DNA of 64,000 nucleotides, taken from Deltaproteobacteria bacterium. GTDB lineage: Bacteria; Desulfobacterota_D; UBA1144; Nemesobacterales; CSP1-2. The stretch covers positions 288,001 to 352,000 of the forward strand of contig JBQTHB010000005.1 in the NCBI GenBank assembly GCA_052390235.1, read 5' to 3'. The position numbers and the translations under genes are program-made. Positions within the stretch are counted from its first letter, which is position 1. Every line of letters begins with the position of its first letter. The notes under the pieces were generated by a model that made no database searches, was not told the origin of the DNA, and saw only the letters and a list, made by a program, of their open reading frames with translations. Of this stretch, positions 62,446 through 64,000 are shown piece by piece.

Positions 62446-64000
62446 TTATGTCCTCCCTGCTTGTGCGAACCGGCGATTAACATAGAGTTGCTGGGCTATG
62501 GACAGGACGTTGCTCACAGTCCAATATAGAATCAGCCCCGAAGGAAGCCCCCAGAACATCACGGTGAAGATTAGGGGCATAAACTCCATCATTTTCATCT
62601 GAAGCTGGTTCTCTGGTCCTAGAGCCGTGGTGGGGGTCATCTTCTGAGATACATACCACGAAACCCCCATCAGGAGCGGGAGGACTCTGAAATCCAGCCC
62701 CACGCCGGGTATCTGAAACAGAAATTCCGGTTCGGCTAGGTCTCCTATCCAGAGGAAAGAACTGTGCCGAAGCTCTATCGAATAGAGCAAAACGTCGTAG
62801 AGGGCGATGAAAACCGGGAGCTGTATGAGCATGGGAAGACACCCGCTGAGACTGCTCAGGGGGTTTATCCCGTTACTCGTGTAGAGTTTCATTAATTCGG
62901 TGTTTTGGGTGGCTTTGTCGTCTTTGAATTTTTCCTTGAGCGCGTCCATCTTGGGCTTGAGTTCCTGCATTTTTACCTGCATCCCTTTCATCGAAACCAT
63001 GCTCTTTACGGTAAGCGGCAGGAAGACTAGCCTGATAATGACGGTTATTGCGATAATCGCTATGCCGTAGTTTTGAAACACCCCGTTCAGCACGTTTAGG
63101 AACCAAAGCACGGGTCTTGCAAGCGGCCCTATCCATCCGTATTGAATCGAGTTCTCAAGCCCCAGGTTGAGTGCCCGCAACACTTCGTAGTCCATGGGGC
63201 CCAGGTAGAGCTTTGACTCGTGAATCGAAGCGCTCCCCGCTGGAACGGTGTCAGTCGGGTAGGAGAATACGGCTCTTAGCACGTCGGCATCCGCCGTTTT
63301 GCTGATGCGAATCTGGGTTTCCCCTCCAATTTCTGGGAGGAATACCGACATGAAATACTTATCCGCGAACCCGAACCAATTTATCGTGCCTTTTATCGGG
63401 GCTACTGCCTCTTTGGCTATGCTGTCAAGACGTTCTACGTCGCCTGAGACCATGGAGATGAAACTGTGGTTGTCGCTTGCGGATTTGTACTGAACCCTGC
63501 CGTAGCGCTCGATGAATAGGGTTTCGGCAATTGGCTGAAATGTATTGTTTTTAACCTCGATTCTCTGCTCAATTAAGTAGCCCGATGCGTCTATTTTGAA
63601 CGTCTTTCGTATTTCAACCCCTTCGGGCGCATTCCAATAGAGGGCTATCTCGTCCTTGCCTTCAGAGATGTCTATCTGCTCCGAGCCGTCAAACTGGAAC
63701 GGTATTGGGTTCGGCACTTGAATCCCCTTGAGGCTGACGGCGGAATTAAACTCTGGCGGCGCGTCTTTAAACAGGTTGACCCCGGACGAGGCGGCGTTTG
63801 TGCTTTCTCTGTAATTTGCAAGTCTCCACTCGACTATACGTCCGCCGGAGGTGTCAATTACGCCCGTATATAGTGGGGTTTTGACGGTTAGTAGCCTCCC
63901 TTGAGGTTGTTCAAAAGGGGCGGGGTCGGTAGGAGAGGAGGGATTATTAAATACCTCGGCGTAGGTGTCCTGCTGGGTCTCGGCGGTTTTGGCAGGGGCT
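62446..64000 (-). CDS. yidC: Membrane protein insertase YidC, 5' partial
   Basis: Frame open from the window edge; DKYF, NYGIAII, GCLPMLIQLPVF, LPSGLILYW. Confidence 0.96.
   Translation of the reverse strand, partial: APAKTAETQQDTYAEVFNNPSSPTDPAPFEQPQGRLLTVKTPLYTGVIDTSGGRIVEWRLANYRESTNAASSGVNLFKDAPPEFNSAVSLKGIQVPNPIPFQFDGSEQIDISEGKDEIALYWNAPEGVEIRKTFKIDASGYLIEQRIEVKNNTFQPIAETLFIERYGRVQYKSASDNHSFISMVSGDVERLDSIAKEAVAPIKGTINWFGFADKYFMSVFLPEIGGETQIRISKTADADVLRAVFSYPTDTVPAGSASIHESKLYLGPMDYEVLRALNLGLENSIQYGWIGPLARPVLWFLNVLNGVFQNYGIAIIAITVIIRLVFLPLTVKSMVSMKGMQVKMQELKPKMDALKEKFKDDKATQNTELMKLYTSNGINPLSSLSGCLPMLIQLPVFIALYDVLLYSIELRHSSFLWIGDLAEPEFLFQIPGVGLDFRVLPLLMGVSWYVSQKMTPTTALGPENQLQMKMMEFMPLIFTVMFWGLPSGLILYWTVSNVLSIAQQLYVNRRFAQAGRT

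Overview
A 64-kb bacterial chromosomal segment made up mostly of housekeeping and metabolic genes. Gene content resembles a deltaproteobacteria-like lineage, but that is weak inference only. Left to right it carries: a zinc-ribbon gene, rnhA and rnpB; a small AT-richer restriction-modification islet (intact C5 methyltransferase, HaeII-like endonuclease broken by two frameshifts, vsr); exoD, tyrS, tRNA-Pro(CGG), a Lon-like protease, radA, an acyl-CoA ligase, trpEG and a phosphomannomutase; an nfeD-stomatin-oppABCDF cluster; aguBA, a DEAD-box helicase, ald, an ACT-protein/def pair, ctpA-yibQ and nagZ; a 1412-aa malate synthase-isocitrate lyase fusion; a Na+/solute symporter, leuS, udg, tRNA-Arg(CCG), proA, an RpoD-like sigma factor and recN; a patatin gene flanked by 155-bp inverted repeats; typA, rraA, a nitroreductase, etfBA, murI, tadA, jag and a partial yidC. 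No CRISPR array, prophage, integrase or transposase was seen. The most notable items are the three-domain glyoxylate-cycle fusion, the inverted-repeat-flanked patatin cassette with its dispersed GTCAT-type palindromes, two stable RNAs that overlap upstream stop codons, several apparently leaderless genes, a structured helicase leader and three small orphan proteins. All calls come from reading motifs by eye; no database search was run.
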